The notes: generated by a model from the letters alone, not told the origin. 27,305 nucleotides of DNA from Candidatus Odinarchaeia archaeon (GCA_029856525.1 JAHQXC010000009.1:1-27305), one strand, 5' to 3'. Counted from the first letter of the stretch, positions 9,039 to 18,072 are shown. Numbers and translations: made by a program.

Positions 9039-9919
9039 CTGTTAAAAACCCTTTAACACCAATGGAAGCGGAGATCATTAGAGTAGAAGAGATGACTAGC
9101 ATAGAGAAACTATTCTATTTAAAATTAACAGACCCACAGATAATCGGGGAATTCCACTATAACCCCGGGCAATTCTTAGAAGTAAGTGTTCCAGGCGTCG
9201 GAGAGGCCCCGATCTCTATATGCGATGCTCAAAGAGAGCCTGGCCAGCTTCAATTATGTATAAGAAAGGTCGGCCGGGTTACAAACGCTATTCACAGGCT
9301 TAAAGAAGGCGATCGATTATGGATAAGAGGACCCTACGGAAACGGGTTTCCGATGAAGCTTATGGAGAATCATAATCTACTATTAATAGCAGGCGGATTA
9401 GGTATAGCACCGCTGAGAAGCGTGCTTCAACACGCTCTTCTATATCGAACTAACTATGGGTTAATCACAGTCATGTACGGTGTAAGATGCTATTCGATGA
9501 TGCTTTTCAGAGAAGAGTTCATTAGGCTTTTCCGCGAAGGCGATAAATTAAACGTTAAATTCCTATTAGCTTACGAGGATGAAAGCGACACGAAATGTTA
9601 TCAACTAGCATGCGAGCGAAGTGATCGATGTATGCGCGGACTTGTCACAAGATTAATCGAAGCGGCTACTATAACACCTGATAACACCTACGCGGTGATA
9701 TGCGGACCCCCTGTCATGTACAAGTTTGTGGTTAGAGAGTTAACTCAGAGAGGCTTCACACCAACCCAAATATATATGACTATGGAGCGTCGGATGAAAT
9801 GCGGCGTCGGTAAATGCGGTCACTGTATAACAGGATCAAGTAACTCAATAAAATATGTGTGCAAAGACGGCCCGGTATTCACATACTGGGATGCTTTAAA
9901 AACAAAAGGGTTGATGTAA
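9035..9919 (+). CDS. hydG: Group 3b hydrogenase gamma subunit (FAD/NAD(P), 2Fe-2S)
   Basis: PGQF...GEAPISI, RGPYGNGF, AGGLGIAPLRS, ICGPPVM and MKCGVGKCGHC...VCKDGPVF; TTG start overlapping the hydB stop. Confidence 0.93.
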   Translation: MTVKNPLTPMEAEIIRVEEMTSIEKLFYLKLTDPQIIGEFHYNPGQFLEVSVPGVGEAPISICDAQREPGQLQLCIRKVGRVTNAIHRLKEGDRLWIRGPYGNGFPMKLMENHNLLLIAGGLGIAPLRSVLQHALLYRTNYGLITVMYGVRCYSMMLFREEFIRLFREGDKLNVKFLLAYEDESDTKCYQLACERSDRCMRGLVTRLIEAATITPDNTYAVICGPPVMYKFVVRELTQRGFTPTQIYMTMERRMKCGVGKCGHCITGSSNSIKYVCKDGPVFTYWDALKTKGLM

Positions 9920-9920
9920 A

Positions 9921-10727
9921 ATGAAGGAACCCGCGAGCGAGAATAAACCGAAAATAGGCGTATTCAGCCTCACAGGCTGCGCTGGAGACCAGTTGATGAT
10001 ACTAAACTTAGAGGATACATTAATAGAGTTACTGTCGAAATTCGAGATAAAATCATTTCAAGAAGCGAGCAGCTACAGTGAAAATATAAGACTTGATATA
10101 GCCTTCGTGGAAGGCTCGGTGAGCACGGAACATGATCTAGAAAAATTAAAAGAGATAAGAGATAAATCCTCGCTGCTTGTCGCTATAGGAGACTGCGCTG
10201 TCAACGGGTGCGTTCAAGCTATGAGGAACAGTCAAACAAGCATAGCTGAGAGAATGTTAGATGTTTACGGAGTTGAAGATAACATTTACAGAGCTCTTGA
10301 ACCTAAAGGTATAGGAGAATATGTGAGAGTCGACTTCGAAATCCCCGGTTGCCCTGTTGAGAAGGAAGAAGTGTTTAACACACTTATATCTCTTCTAAAC
10401 GGGGATCCCCCACTGATCCCAGATTACCCTGTATGCGTAGAATGCAAGCTTAACGGTTACCCTTGTGTAATCATAGAGGAAGGTAAACCGTGTCTAGGAC
10501 CAATTATAACAGCAGGATGCGATGCCCGCTGTCCTAGTCTAGGCTTAGACTGCGTAGGCTGCCGTGGACCTATAAAAGGGGAGACGAACGCTAAAGCCGA
10601 GCTTGAAGCGCTTCGAAAAAGAGGCTACCCTGATAAATATATAATTAACAGATTACGCTTCTTCGCCGGAAACTTCCCGGATATTCGAATTCTAGGTGAG
10701 AGAAAAAATTCTAAGGGGGAGAAATAA
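9921..10727 (+). CDS. hydD: Group 3b hydrogenase delta (small) subunit
   Basis: VEGSV, GDCAVNG, PGCP and CLGPIITAGCDARCP...CVGCRG; first motif is CAGD instead of CxGC. Confidence 0.93.
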   Translation: MKEPASENKPKIGVFSLTGCAGDQLMILNLEDTLIELLSKFEIKSFQEASSYSENIRLDIAFVEGSVSTEHDLEKLKEIRDKSSLLVAIGDCAVNGCVQAMRNSQTSIAERMLDVYGVEDNIYRALEPKGIGEYVRVDFEIPGCPVEKEEVFNTLISLLNGDPPLIPDYPVCVECKLNGYPCVIIEEGKPCLGPIITAGCDARCPSLGLDCVGCRGPIKGETNAKAELEALRKRGYPDKYIINRLRFFAGNFPDIRILGERKNSKGEK

Positions 10728-12013
10728 TGGTTAAAACACTTAAAATAGATGAGCTTACGAGAGTGGAGGGCCACGGCGGGATAACAGTAATAATAGAAGG
10801 GGAGAAGGTTAAAGACGTTAAAATGAATATTTTCGAAGGTCCAAGATTCTTTGAATCAATCATTAAAACAGTCTACTATGATAAAGTCCCTGATATAATG
10901 AGACGGATATGCGCTATATGCACAGCCTCACATAGTCTTGCTAGTATAAGAGCAATAGAGCATGCCTTCCACATACAGGTGAGCGATCAAACACAAATTT
11001 TAAGAGACCTATTAATACACGGCGAGATAATTGAAAGCCACGCTTTACACGTCTTCATGCTCGCTTTACCGGATTATTTAGGGTATCCTGACGCATTAAA
11101 AATGTCTTCAGAGCATTTTGAAATAGTTAAAGCAGCTTTAGAATTAAAAAAAGCAGGTAATATGATTCATAATATTATAAGCGGTAGAGAAATCCATGGA
11201 ATGAATGAGAGAGTCGGCGGTTTTTCTAAAATTCCAAACGAGAGAAAACTAGAAATTATAAAAGAGGAAATGTTAAACGTTAAGAAAACAGCTGAACTAT
11301 CCGTGGAGTTACTAGCTCGAAAAGAGCCGCCGCTTAATATTAACTCTAAAAACATATTTATGGCTTTAAACCCTGGTGGAAAATACGGTTTCATAGGGGA
11401 TGAAATCCTCATCTCAGACGGTGGCAAGCATCATATAAACGATTATCTTAACATAATTCATGAGCGGACCGTTAACTATTCTACAGCTAAAATATCACTT
11501 TATAAGAATCAGCCTTTCACGGTTGGGGCGTTAGCTAGAATAATTTTAAACAAGAGTAAACTCGAAGGATCGGCTAAAAACATGTTTAAAACATATCAAG
11601 CGTTAATACGGGAAGGAAACCCGCTTACCAATAATATAGCTCAAGCCATCGAACTTGTTCACAGCGTTGAAAGAGCGGTGGTTTTAGTCGATGAATTATT
11701 AAGCCGCGGTGTTAGAGATGAACGTTTACCCGTAGTTAACGTGAAGGAAGCGCGGGGTGTCGGAGCTGTTGAAGCGCCTCGCGGAATCCTATACCATGAC
11801 TACACGTTTGATAAATACGGTTGCATAGTTAAATGCAATGTAATCACTCCGACAGCTCAGAATATAGCTAGCATTGAAAGAGATTATCGTGAAGCAGCCT
11901 CCTCTTTAATAAACGAGGATGAGGATAAAATCAAATTTAACCTTGAATTAATCTCTAGAGCCTACGATCCATGTATCTCATGCGCCACGCATGTTATAAG
12001 GTTAAAAAATTAG
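10727..12013 (+). CDS. hydA: Group 3b [NiFe] hydrogenase alpha (large) subunit
   Basis: TRVEGHG, L1 RICAICTASH, EAPRGIL.H and L2 DPCISCATH with a short C-terminal extension (VIRLKN). Confidence 0.96.
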   Translation: MVKTLKIDELTRVEGHGGITVIIEGEKVKDVKMNIFEGPRFFESIIKTVYYDKVPDIMRRICAICTASHSLASIRAIEHAFHIQVSDQTQILRDLLIHGEIIESHALHVFMLALPDYLGYPDALKMSSEHFEIVKAALELKKAGNMIHNIISGREIHGMNERVGGFSKIPNERKLEIIKEEMLNVKKTAELSVELLARKEPPLNINSKNIFMALNPGGKYGFIGDEILISDGGKHHINDYLNIIHERTVNYSTAKISLYKNQPFTVGALARIILNKSKLEGSAKNMFKTYQALIREGNPLTNNIAQAIELVHSVERAVVLVDELLSRGVRDERLPVVNVKEARGVGAVEAPRGILYHDYTFDKYGCIVKCNVITPTAQNIASIERDYREAASSLINEDEDKIKFNLELISRAYDPCISCATHVIRLKN

Positions 12014-12060
12014 TATAAACCCTTTTTTAACCCTACTATACCCTATTAAAAGTCTTTGCA

Positions 12061-12087
12061 ATTTAGTCAACACTAAATTATATATAG
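12061..12087 (+). promoter_or_regulatory. Inverted repeat abutting the TATA box of the 54-aa ORF
   Basis: atttagt-caac-actaaat (12061-12078) immediately followed by tatatatag. Confidence 0.4.
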
Positions 12088-12124
12088 GAGTTTAAATCCC
12101 GTTTTTATAAGCGGAGGTTAAACT

Positions 12125-12289
12125 ATGGTCGCCTATAAGGTTTACGTTAAAAAAATCGGTAGCACGGGTACAATGGATAAGCTTTGGGATGTAGTCACCG
12201 TTGAAGCTGAATCCGAGGAAGAGTTGAATAATAAGATCGACGAATTGTTTAAGAGAGGTTGGAAGGTTTTTAGAATAAATAAAATATAG
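12125..12289 (+). CDS. Small protein (54 aa) missing from the ORF track
   Basis: ggaggt RBS at 12113-12118, ATG 12125, TAG 12287-12289. MVAYKVYVKKIGSTGTMDKLWDVVTVEAESEEELNNKIDELFKRGWKVFRINKI has plausible beta-beta-alpha-beta patterning. Confidence 0.75.
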   Translation: MVAYKVYVKKIGSTGTMDKLWDVVTVEAESEEELNNKIDELFKRGWKVFRINKI

Positions 12290-12364
12290 TTTTAAACTGT
12301 TTTTAGCTATTCATTTAAATATTATATTCGCTTAATTGATAACGCTGTTTGCCAGGTGTCTGCT

Positions 12365-13315
12365 ATGAGTAAATTAAATTCTATTCCAGGCGAGGTTGCT
12401 GCAACCTCGGAAATAGAGATAATCGCCCCTAATCCTAGTGAATATATTCCTGTAAACGTCCCCCCTTTTGTAGACACAAATAACCAGACGGATATAATTA
12501 AACTCCACCTTGAAGCTGAACCCCCTCAACCTCTTCTATTCATCGGCTATAAAGGAACAGGTAAAACATTAGCTTTCGCAAGCGTAGCATACCAGTTAAA
12601 AATACCTATAATTCAAGCCGACTTAAGCGAGAATACTAAACGCGGTGATCTGATAGGCAGATTCATATTAAGAGGCTCAGACGTAGTGTACCAGCTCGGC
12701 ATACTCCCCTCCGCGATATTAATAGCGAACAGTGTCGGCAAAGCTATCCTCGTATTAGAGGAGCTTAACGCGTTAACTCCTCAAATGCAAAAAGTGTTAA
12801 ACCAGATTTTAGACTGGCGTGGCCAAGTTCACGCTCCTGAAATAGGTAAAATATTTAGACTGAATAAAGGATGCAAACTTTTAATAGGGGCTACAAGCAA
12901 CCCGTCAAATTACGGCGGCGTCTTCGAGATAAACGAGGATCTTAGAAGTCGTTTCGCCACACTATGGTTCGATTATCCTAAAAAAGAGGATGAGTTGAAA
13001 ATCCTACACGCTTACGGGTCAACAGATGACAATCTCAACGAGCTTTTAATAAGATTAGCTGTAGAAACAAGGAAAGCCGTTGATAGAAACGAAATAGAAT
13101 ACGCTCTTTCACCTAGAGATCTTGTAAGATTCACGCAGATAATGAAAATTTATACCTCAAAGTTTACAGAGGAGGATGCGTTAAAGAAGACTCTGGAAAT
13201 AGTTGTTCTCGGAAAATATGAGGATATTGATGAACGCCAGTTGATAGCGCGGAGAATTGAATCAATTTTCGGCTTAAAAATAGGTGAAGACTTAAATGAC
13301 TCAGAGAATCGCTGA
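12365..13315 (+). CDS. MoxR-family AAA+ ATPase (CbbQ/NirQ/NorQ-like)
   Basis: Walker A GYKGTGKT, DLIGRF, Walker B LVLEELN, ATSNP...YGG, LRSRF arginine finger and SPRDL. ATG 12365 follows aggtg. Confidence 0.9.
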   Translation: MSKLNSIPGEVAATSEIEIIAPNPSEYIPVNVPPFVDTNNQTDIIKLHLEAEPPQPLLFIGYKGTGKTLAFASVAYQLKIPIIQADLSENTKRGDLIGRFILRGSDVVYQLGILPSAILIANSVGKAILVLEELNALTPQMQKVLNQILDWRGQVHAPEIGKIFRLNKGCKLLIGATSNPSNYGGVFEINEDLRSRFATLWFDYPKKEDELKILHAYGSTDDNLNELLIRLAVETRKAVDRNEIEYALSPRDLVRFTQIMKIYTSKFTEEDALKKTLEIVVLGKYEDIDERQLIARRIESIFGLKIGEDLNDSENR

Positions 13316-14951
13316 ATATATACCCTTCAATAAGTCGATATTTTATAAGACGGTTTCAATTTTTTCAGCGATTGAAAGAAAAGAGTTAACCCTAAAATTC
13401 ATCTCTGAACCAATCCCCCCTCACACCAACATGAATATTATAATTTTACCTATTGTTAAAACCCCTCCATTAATATTAAACGAAGACGACCTCTATACTG
13501 CTTTAGAATTTGAACTAGCACATTTCGTTTTCGGAACAGATTACAGTGAAGCTGAACGATGGTCTAAGAAGTACGGTGTTTTAGCTGAAGCTGCTTTAAC
13601 AGTCTGGAAGATACTAGAAGATCAGAGAGTGGAAAGTCTTTGGGGTAAACTATATCAAGGGAGTATGTTCCGTTTTAAAATACGCCGGGAGAGGCTTATA
13701 ACAAGAGAGGCCACGAATTTAATAGAAGTATTAACAGCCGCCAGAGCGAAGAGACTCGACTTAGTCCCTGAAGCACTGCTAGAGCATGCTAATTATTTTC
13801 AAATGGCGTTACGCGAAGTAGAGTTATGCGGGCCTGAAGCTTCCTTTCTAATAGCGGAGCGTATAATGAATGTTATAAAAAATTCCTCTAAACTCGAAGA
13901 TAAGATAAAAAGCGGCGAGGTTAAAGAACAGATCATAGAGTATACTTTGAAAGGTGTGGATGAAGCAGCCGATGAATTGAAAGATGAGAGTTTAGATGAT
14001 ATAAGAGAGGCGCTTCAAAAAGCTAGGGAAGAAGGATTAGACCGTATAAATCAGATCAGCCAGGCGTTGAGTAAAATAGAGAAAGTTTCTAGGAAGAACA
14101 GGTTTATAGAAGATAAATGCCAGGATACACCGGCCAGTTTAGATCCTATTAGAGAGGATATTGTAACAGCTAAAAAATTCATTCAAATATTTAAAAACAT
14201 GATTTTTAAACGTATATACGACCCGGATAATGAAGGCCTTGAACTGGATATAGACGAGTACGTTCAATGGAGGTTAAACCCGCATCAAGACAGGCACCTA
14301 TTCTTAGATGATGAGAAGGAAAACCAGTTCACTTGTACAGTTCTATTAGATCTAAGCCTAAGCATGAACCCAAGGTATGGATCATACTCAGACTCTTATA
14401 CAGCTATCGGTTTAACCACTAAACTAGGTTTAGCTAAAAGAGCTGCTACAGTTCTAGCCTTAGCTTTTAAAACACTGAGAAACGTAAACTTCAAAGTATA
14501 CGGGTTCAGCGGTAACACTAATGATCTCATTGTCTTAGTCCGAGAGGCGGAGGATGTTTTAGACATTCAAAAACTGGATTGTACACCAGGATGGGCTTTA
14601 AGCCCACTGCATTTAGCTATTAATGTAATAGTTGAAAATCTTAGAAATGTGAAGGGGAGGCGTCTATTATTCGTTATAACCGATGGATTACCGGAGGCTA
14701 TGCTTTACGGTAAAGCGGTCGAACAGGAATGGTTGATTAAATGGACGAGAGAAGCTGTTAGAAACGCTATTGAAAAAGGAGTTCAAGTCTACACTATAAT
14801 GATCGACCCGGATATAGACGAGGAGACCATGCATACAATGTTCGGTTCATCTGAAAGATGGACGATTCTACGAGATAAAGATAAGCTTAGAGAGGTAATG
14901 TTAAAATACGTGGCTAAACATGTTGCGAAAATAATACAGAAATCCATGTAG
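13296..14951 (+). CDS. von Willebrand factor A domain protein (NorD/CbbO/CobT-like MoxR partner)
   Basis: G.ELDIDEY, MIDAS LLDLSLSM and ITDGLP; N-terminal FELAH...LEDQRVE segment; overlaps the AAA+ gene. Confidence 0.85.
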   Translation: MTQRIAEYIPFNKSIFYKTVSIFSAIERKELTLKFISEPIPPHTNMNIIILPIVKTPPLILNEDDLYTALEFELAHFVFGTDYSEAERWSKKYGVLAEAALTVWKILEDQRVESLWGKLYQGSMFRFKIRRERLITREATNLIEVLTAARAKRLDLVPEALLEHANYFQMALREVELCGPEASFLIAERIMNVIKNSSKLEDKIKSGEVKEQIIEYTLKGVDEAADELKDESLDDIREALQKAREEGLDRINQISQALSKIEKVSRKNRFIEDKCQDTPASLDPIREDIVTAKKFIQIFKNMIFKRIYDPDNEGLELDIDEYVQWRLNPHQDRHLFLDDEKENQFTCTVLLDLSLSMNPRYGSYSDSYTAIGLTTKLGLAKRAATVLALAFKTLRNVNFKVYGFSGNTNDLIVLVREAEDVLDIQKLDCTPGWALSPLHLAINVIVENLRNVKGRRLLFVITDGLPEAMLYGKAVEQEWLIKWTREAVRNAIEKGVQVYTIMIDPDIDEETMHTMFGSSERWTILRDKDKLREVMLKYVAKHVAKIIQKSM

Positions 14952-14957
14952 AGTATT

Positions 14958-15596
14958 TTAAACTTTAAAAGCTGAAGGGCAGAGTTTATTTAACACGCAG
15001 TTATTACAATCCGGTTTTCTCGCAGTGCAGATGCTACGCCCATGCGCTTGAAGAAGATGCGCGATAACACCCCAATCACTACGGGGAACCAATTTCATAA
15101 GATCCTGCTCTATTTTTTCAGGGTCATCGCTTTCACTTAAACCTAAACGTTTAGATAATCGCCTCACATGAGTGTCAACAGCGATTCCTTCAACGATACC
15201 ATAACCGTCAGTTAAAACGATATTAGCTGTTTTACGCGCTACACCCGGTAAACTTAGAAGATCCTCCATTCTCTTAGGAGTATCCCCGTTAAATTTATCT
15301 ACGATAAGCTGAGCAGCCTTCTTAATATTCCTAGCCTTATTCTTATAGAATCCTGTCGAATGAATAATCTCCTCTAACTCTGTAATATCAGCGCTCGCTA
15401 ACTCAGCTGGAGTAGGATATTTTTTAAAAAGCACTTCAGTCACCTTGTTAACCTGGTCGTCAGTGCATTGAGCGGAGAGAATAGTCGCTATAAGCAGTTG
15501 AAAAGGATTGTTAAATTTAAGTTTTATACGTGCGTTCGGATATTCAGTTTTAAGAGCATTCAATATTTCAGCGAATCTATCACGGTTAACCGTCAA
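14958..15596 (-). CDS. nth: Endonuclease III
   Basis: LLIATILSAQCTD, HhH LPGVARKTANIV, AVDTHV and the CTARKPDCNNCVLNKLC 4Fe-4S motif. Confidence 0.96.
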   Translation of the reverse strand: MTVNRDRFAEILNALKTEYPNARIKLKFNNPFQLLIATILSAQCTDDQVNKVTEVLFKKYPTPAELASADITELEEIIHSTGFYKNKARNIKKAAQLIVDKFNGDTPKRMEDLLSLPGVARKTANIVLTDGYGIVEGIAVDTHVRRLSKRLGLSESDDPEKIEQDLMKLVPRSDWGVIAHLLQAHGRSICTARKPDCNNCVLNKLCPSAFKV

Positions 15597-15642
15597 ATTA
15601 CACCACCGTAATAAATAAATTTCCCTGAGAATAATAAATCCT

Positions 15643-15900
15643 ATGCAATCTCATATAAATGAAGTTATTGAAGAATTTAATAAATACAGGGGGTCGGAAA
15701 TCCAAGCGGAGTTAATCTCCGCGGATAATAACATGATTACAATAAAATTTTCAGGCTCTTTTTGTTATACATGCGGTTTAATAGACTATTTCGAAGACTT
15801 CCAGATCCTCTTAGAAGATATTACTAAACTTAAATTTAAAATAGAAAGCTACCGACAGCTGGACGTCGACTCCTATATAGTGGATTATTCAGTGATTTAG
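15643..15900 (+). CDS. Small CxxC protein with NifU/Nfu C-terminal-like pattern
   Basis: I.F.GSFCYTCG resembles the Nfu V.L.GAC..C motif; 85 aa. Confidence 0.6.
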   Translation: MQSHINEVIEEFNKYRGSEIQAELISADNNMITIKFSGSFCYTCGLIDYFEDFQILLEDITKLKFKIESYRQLDVDSYIVDYSVI

Positions 15901-16067
15901 CTATAAATCATTAAAATCACAGGATGCGTTGAATCGTTAACTATAGTAAATTTCATAAAACCCTCCTAAGAAGTTTTTCGAATTTAACAGCAGAATATAA
16001 GGCTACCACAAGCCTCCGCCTATTCCCTCTTTAACATTATTGTAAGCTGATGCGAGGTCTCTTTTAA

Positions 16068-16244
16068 CTTTATCGGCGTGAAGTCCCTTGCGAAAGCTAA
16101 GGGATAAAAGCCGAAAGTATTTATAGTTTCAAATCGTCAAAAAGGATAGAGAAGCGGGCTGAGACGGGGCCTCTACCGGTCGAAACAGCAGCAAGCTTCA
16201 TCATTAAAGTAGGAAGCCCCATCCGATAGGGAGGGGTAGTTTAC
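16068..16244 (+). mobile_element. Non-autonomous IS200/IS605 mini-element (PATE-like), copy 2, with both ends
   Basis: TTTAA (16063-16067); left hairpin ccctt-gc-gaaa-gc-t-aaggg; BRE/TATA cgaaag-tatttatag; scaffold gagacggggcctctac...agcaagc...ggaagcccc-atcc-gata-ggga-gggg-tagtttac. No ORF. Confidence 0.85.
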
Positions 16245-16301
16245 TTAGACTATTAAGCTAACGGCTTAAAATATTCTCAGGTAAAACTTTTAAGGAGGAT
16301 A

Positions 16302-18068
16302 ATGATGAGTGAAGATGAACTTTTAAAAGAAGCTACTCTACTTTTCAACCAGGAAAAATACCGTGATGTAATCAAATTATATGAGGGGCACCCGTTCTTA
16401 GAAAGATTAGACCACCGTCATTTTAGAATTCTAGCTTTAAGCTATCTTCAAACATTTCAATACGATGAATCTTTAAAAATGTTTGAGAAATGTATTCAGA
16501 AATACTCGCGAGCGGAGGAAAGGGATCAAAATATAGTTGAACCTCTGTATTTATTAGCTCACAAGCTTCTCAAAAACCGGCAGTATAAGGAATTCGAGAA
16601 AGCTAGAACTCTTCTACTATCTTTTAACCCAGATTATTATTTTTTTAGAGGACTCTACTGGAAGGCTAAAAGCTTCATGGAATTAGATAGGAGGGGGCTC
16701 TTCGACCGAGCTATAACGATAATCAATCATGTGCTTGAAGGTGAAAAATATCTTAGATCCGATATTGAAAGAGAGAGGGATCGTGAAATCTGGCAGGAGA
16801 AATGTTTCACACACCTTCAGAAAGCTCTTGAAATATCAGACGGCTTACCTTTTATACTTGAAGAATTAGGTTTATTCAATATATTAATACTGGATTTCGA
16901 AGAGGCAGAAAAATATCTTAGAAAAGCTTATTTTATGAATCCTGGATGTGAAACCATTCTCTACCATTTAGGGCTTTTAAGCGAGAAGAAGGGATTTTAC
17001 GAGGAGGCCTTGAAATATTACAGGGAAGCGTTAGAGTTAGACCCATCGTATGAGCTGTGTGAAACACACGTAAATATATGTAAATCTAAAATTTTACTTC
17101 TAGAAGCGGTTAACGATCATAGAAAAGGTGATCTTGAAGAAGCTATAAAAAAGTATAGAAGAGTATTAGAGTTGAATCCGGCTGACACAGAGGCTTTAAA
17201 CAAATGTAAAAAAGCTGTTAAACAATATATCGATAAAATGGTTTTAAAGGTTAAAGAGTATGTTAACAACCAGATGTTCTCTGAAGCTGAATCTCTTCTC
17301 TCACATCTTATCGACGAGTATCCGAGTGAAGCTGAAATAAAAAACATGTATTACGAATTAGCTGAAAAACTAAGCCAGCGGAATGAGATTAAAAAATTAG
17401 TTTTGAGAAGAGAGCGTGAACGTGACAGCTGTCTCATATTGATTAACGCTCTTGAAATATTAAGGAATAAACAGCTTAAACCTGACGATAAGATTAATAT
17501 TTTAGTCGAAGAATTTTCAAAGCTTCCAGAGCCTCTGCAATTCGAAATATTAGAGAAAATTAAAACTTTGAGAGCAGACTCTAATAATATTGAACCGTCA
17601 CTTGATAAGCTGCTTGCCGATGAACTGGACCGTTTTAAATGTACGCCTAGCAGGCTAATTCCAGCGGTTATCGATCCGGGTAGTCAACCAATAGACTTAG
17701 CTTTTACTATAGATTTAACTGTTAAAATAAAAACTTTTATTAAAAAATTCAATAACTGGGTTAACAGTATCCCTCTAACTCTAAAATATGATTATAGCAA
17801 TAACACTTCACTGCAAGCATCCAACTATATTGATTGTAAAGCAGTTCTCATAGTCGATAAGCTTTTAGAGGGGCCGGCTGCCTATCAAATATGGTTGAGA
17901 TCAGACGGGCGTTTTATTATTTTAAAAACTGATAGATACTCTGAGGAGCATCCTCTACCTAATAGTAGAATCGGCGTATGGTTTTTCAGAGAAGAGGAGG
18001 CGGCTCTACATAATAGGCTTATACAACTTCACAGATATGAAATAAAACATATTATAGAACGTACTTGA
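16302..18068 (+). CDS. TPR-repeat protein with unrecognised C-terminal domain
   Basis: Canonical TPRs (YHLGLLSEKKGFYEEALKYYREALELDP; KGDLEEAIKKYRRVLELNP); RBS ggagg; start may be ATG 16305. Confidence 0.85.
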   Translation: MMSEDELLKEATLLFNQEKYRDVIKLYEGHPFLERLDHRHFRILALSYLQTFQYDESLKMFEKCIQKYSRAEERDQNIVEPLYLLAHKLLKNRQYKEFEKARTLLLSFNPDYYFFRGLYWKAKSFMELDRRGLFDRAITIINHVLEGEKYLRSDIERERDREIWQEKCFTHLQKALEISDGLPFILEELGLFNILILDFEEAEKYLRKAYFMNPGCETILYHLGLLSEKKGFYEEALKYYREALELDPSYELCETHVNICKSKILLLEAVNDHRKGDLEEAIKKYRRVLELNPADTEALNKCKKAVKQYIDKMVLKVKEYVNNQMFSEAESLLSHLIDEYPSEAEIKNMYYELAEKLSQRNEIKKLVLRRERERDSCLILINALEILRNKQLKPDDKINILVEEFSKLPEPLQFEILEKIKTLRADSNNIEPSLDKLLADELDRFKCTPSRLIPAVIDPGSQPIDLAFTIDLTVKIKTFIKKFNNWVNSIPLTLKYDYSNNTSLQASNYIDCKAVLIVDKLLEGPAAYQIWLRSDGRFIILKTDRYSEEHPLPNSRIGVWFFREEEAALHNRLIQLHRYEIKHIIERT

Positions 18069-18072
18069 ATTT

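Noticed and set aside
12125-12289. Ribosomal protein LX/eL20 identity for the small ORF
   Set aside because: Similar size and patterning, but lacks the conserved GSxHxxKR motif.
15897-15956. 19-aa minus-strand ORF MKFTIVNDSTHPVILMIYS with an aggaggg RBS
   Set aside because: Too short to support; may be a remnant or chance. Needs ribosome profiling.
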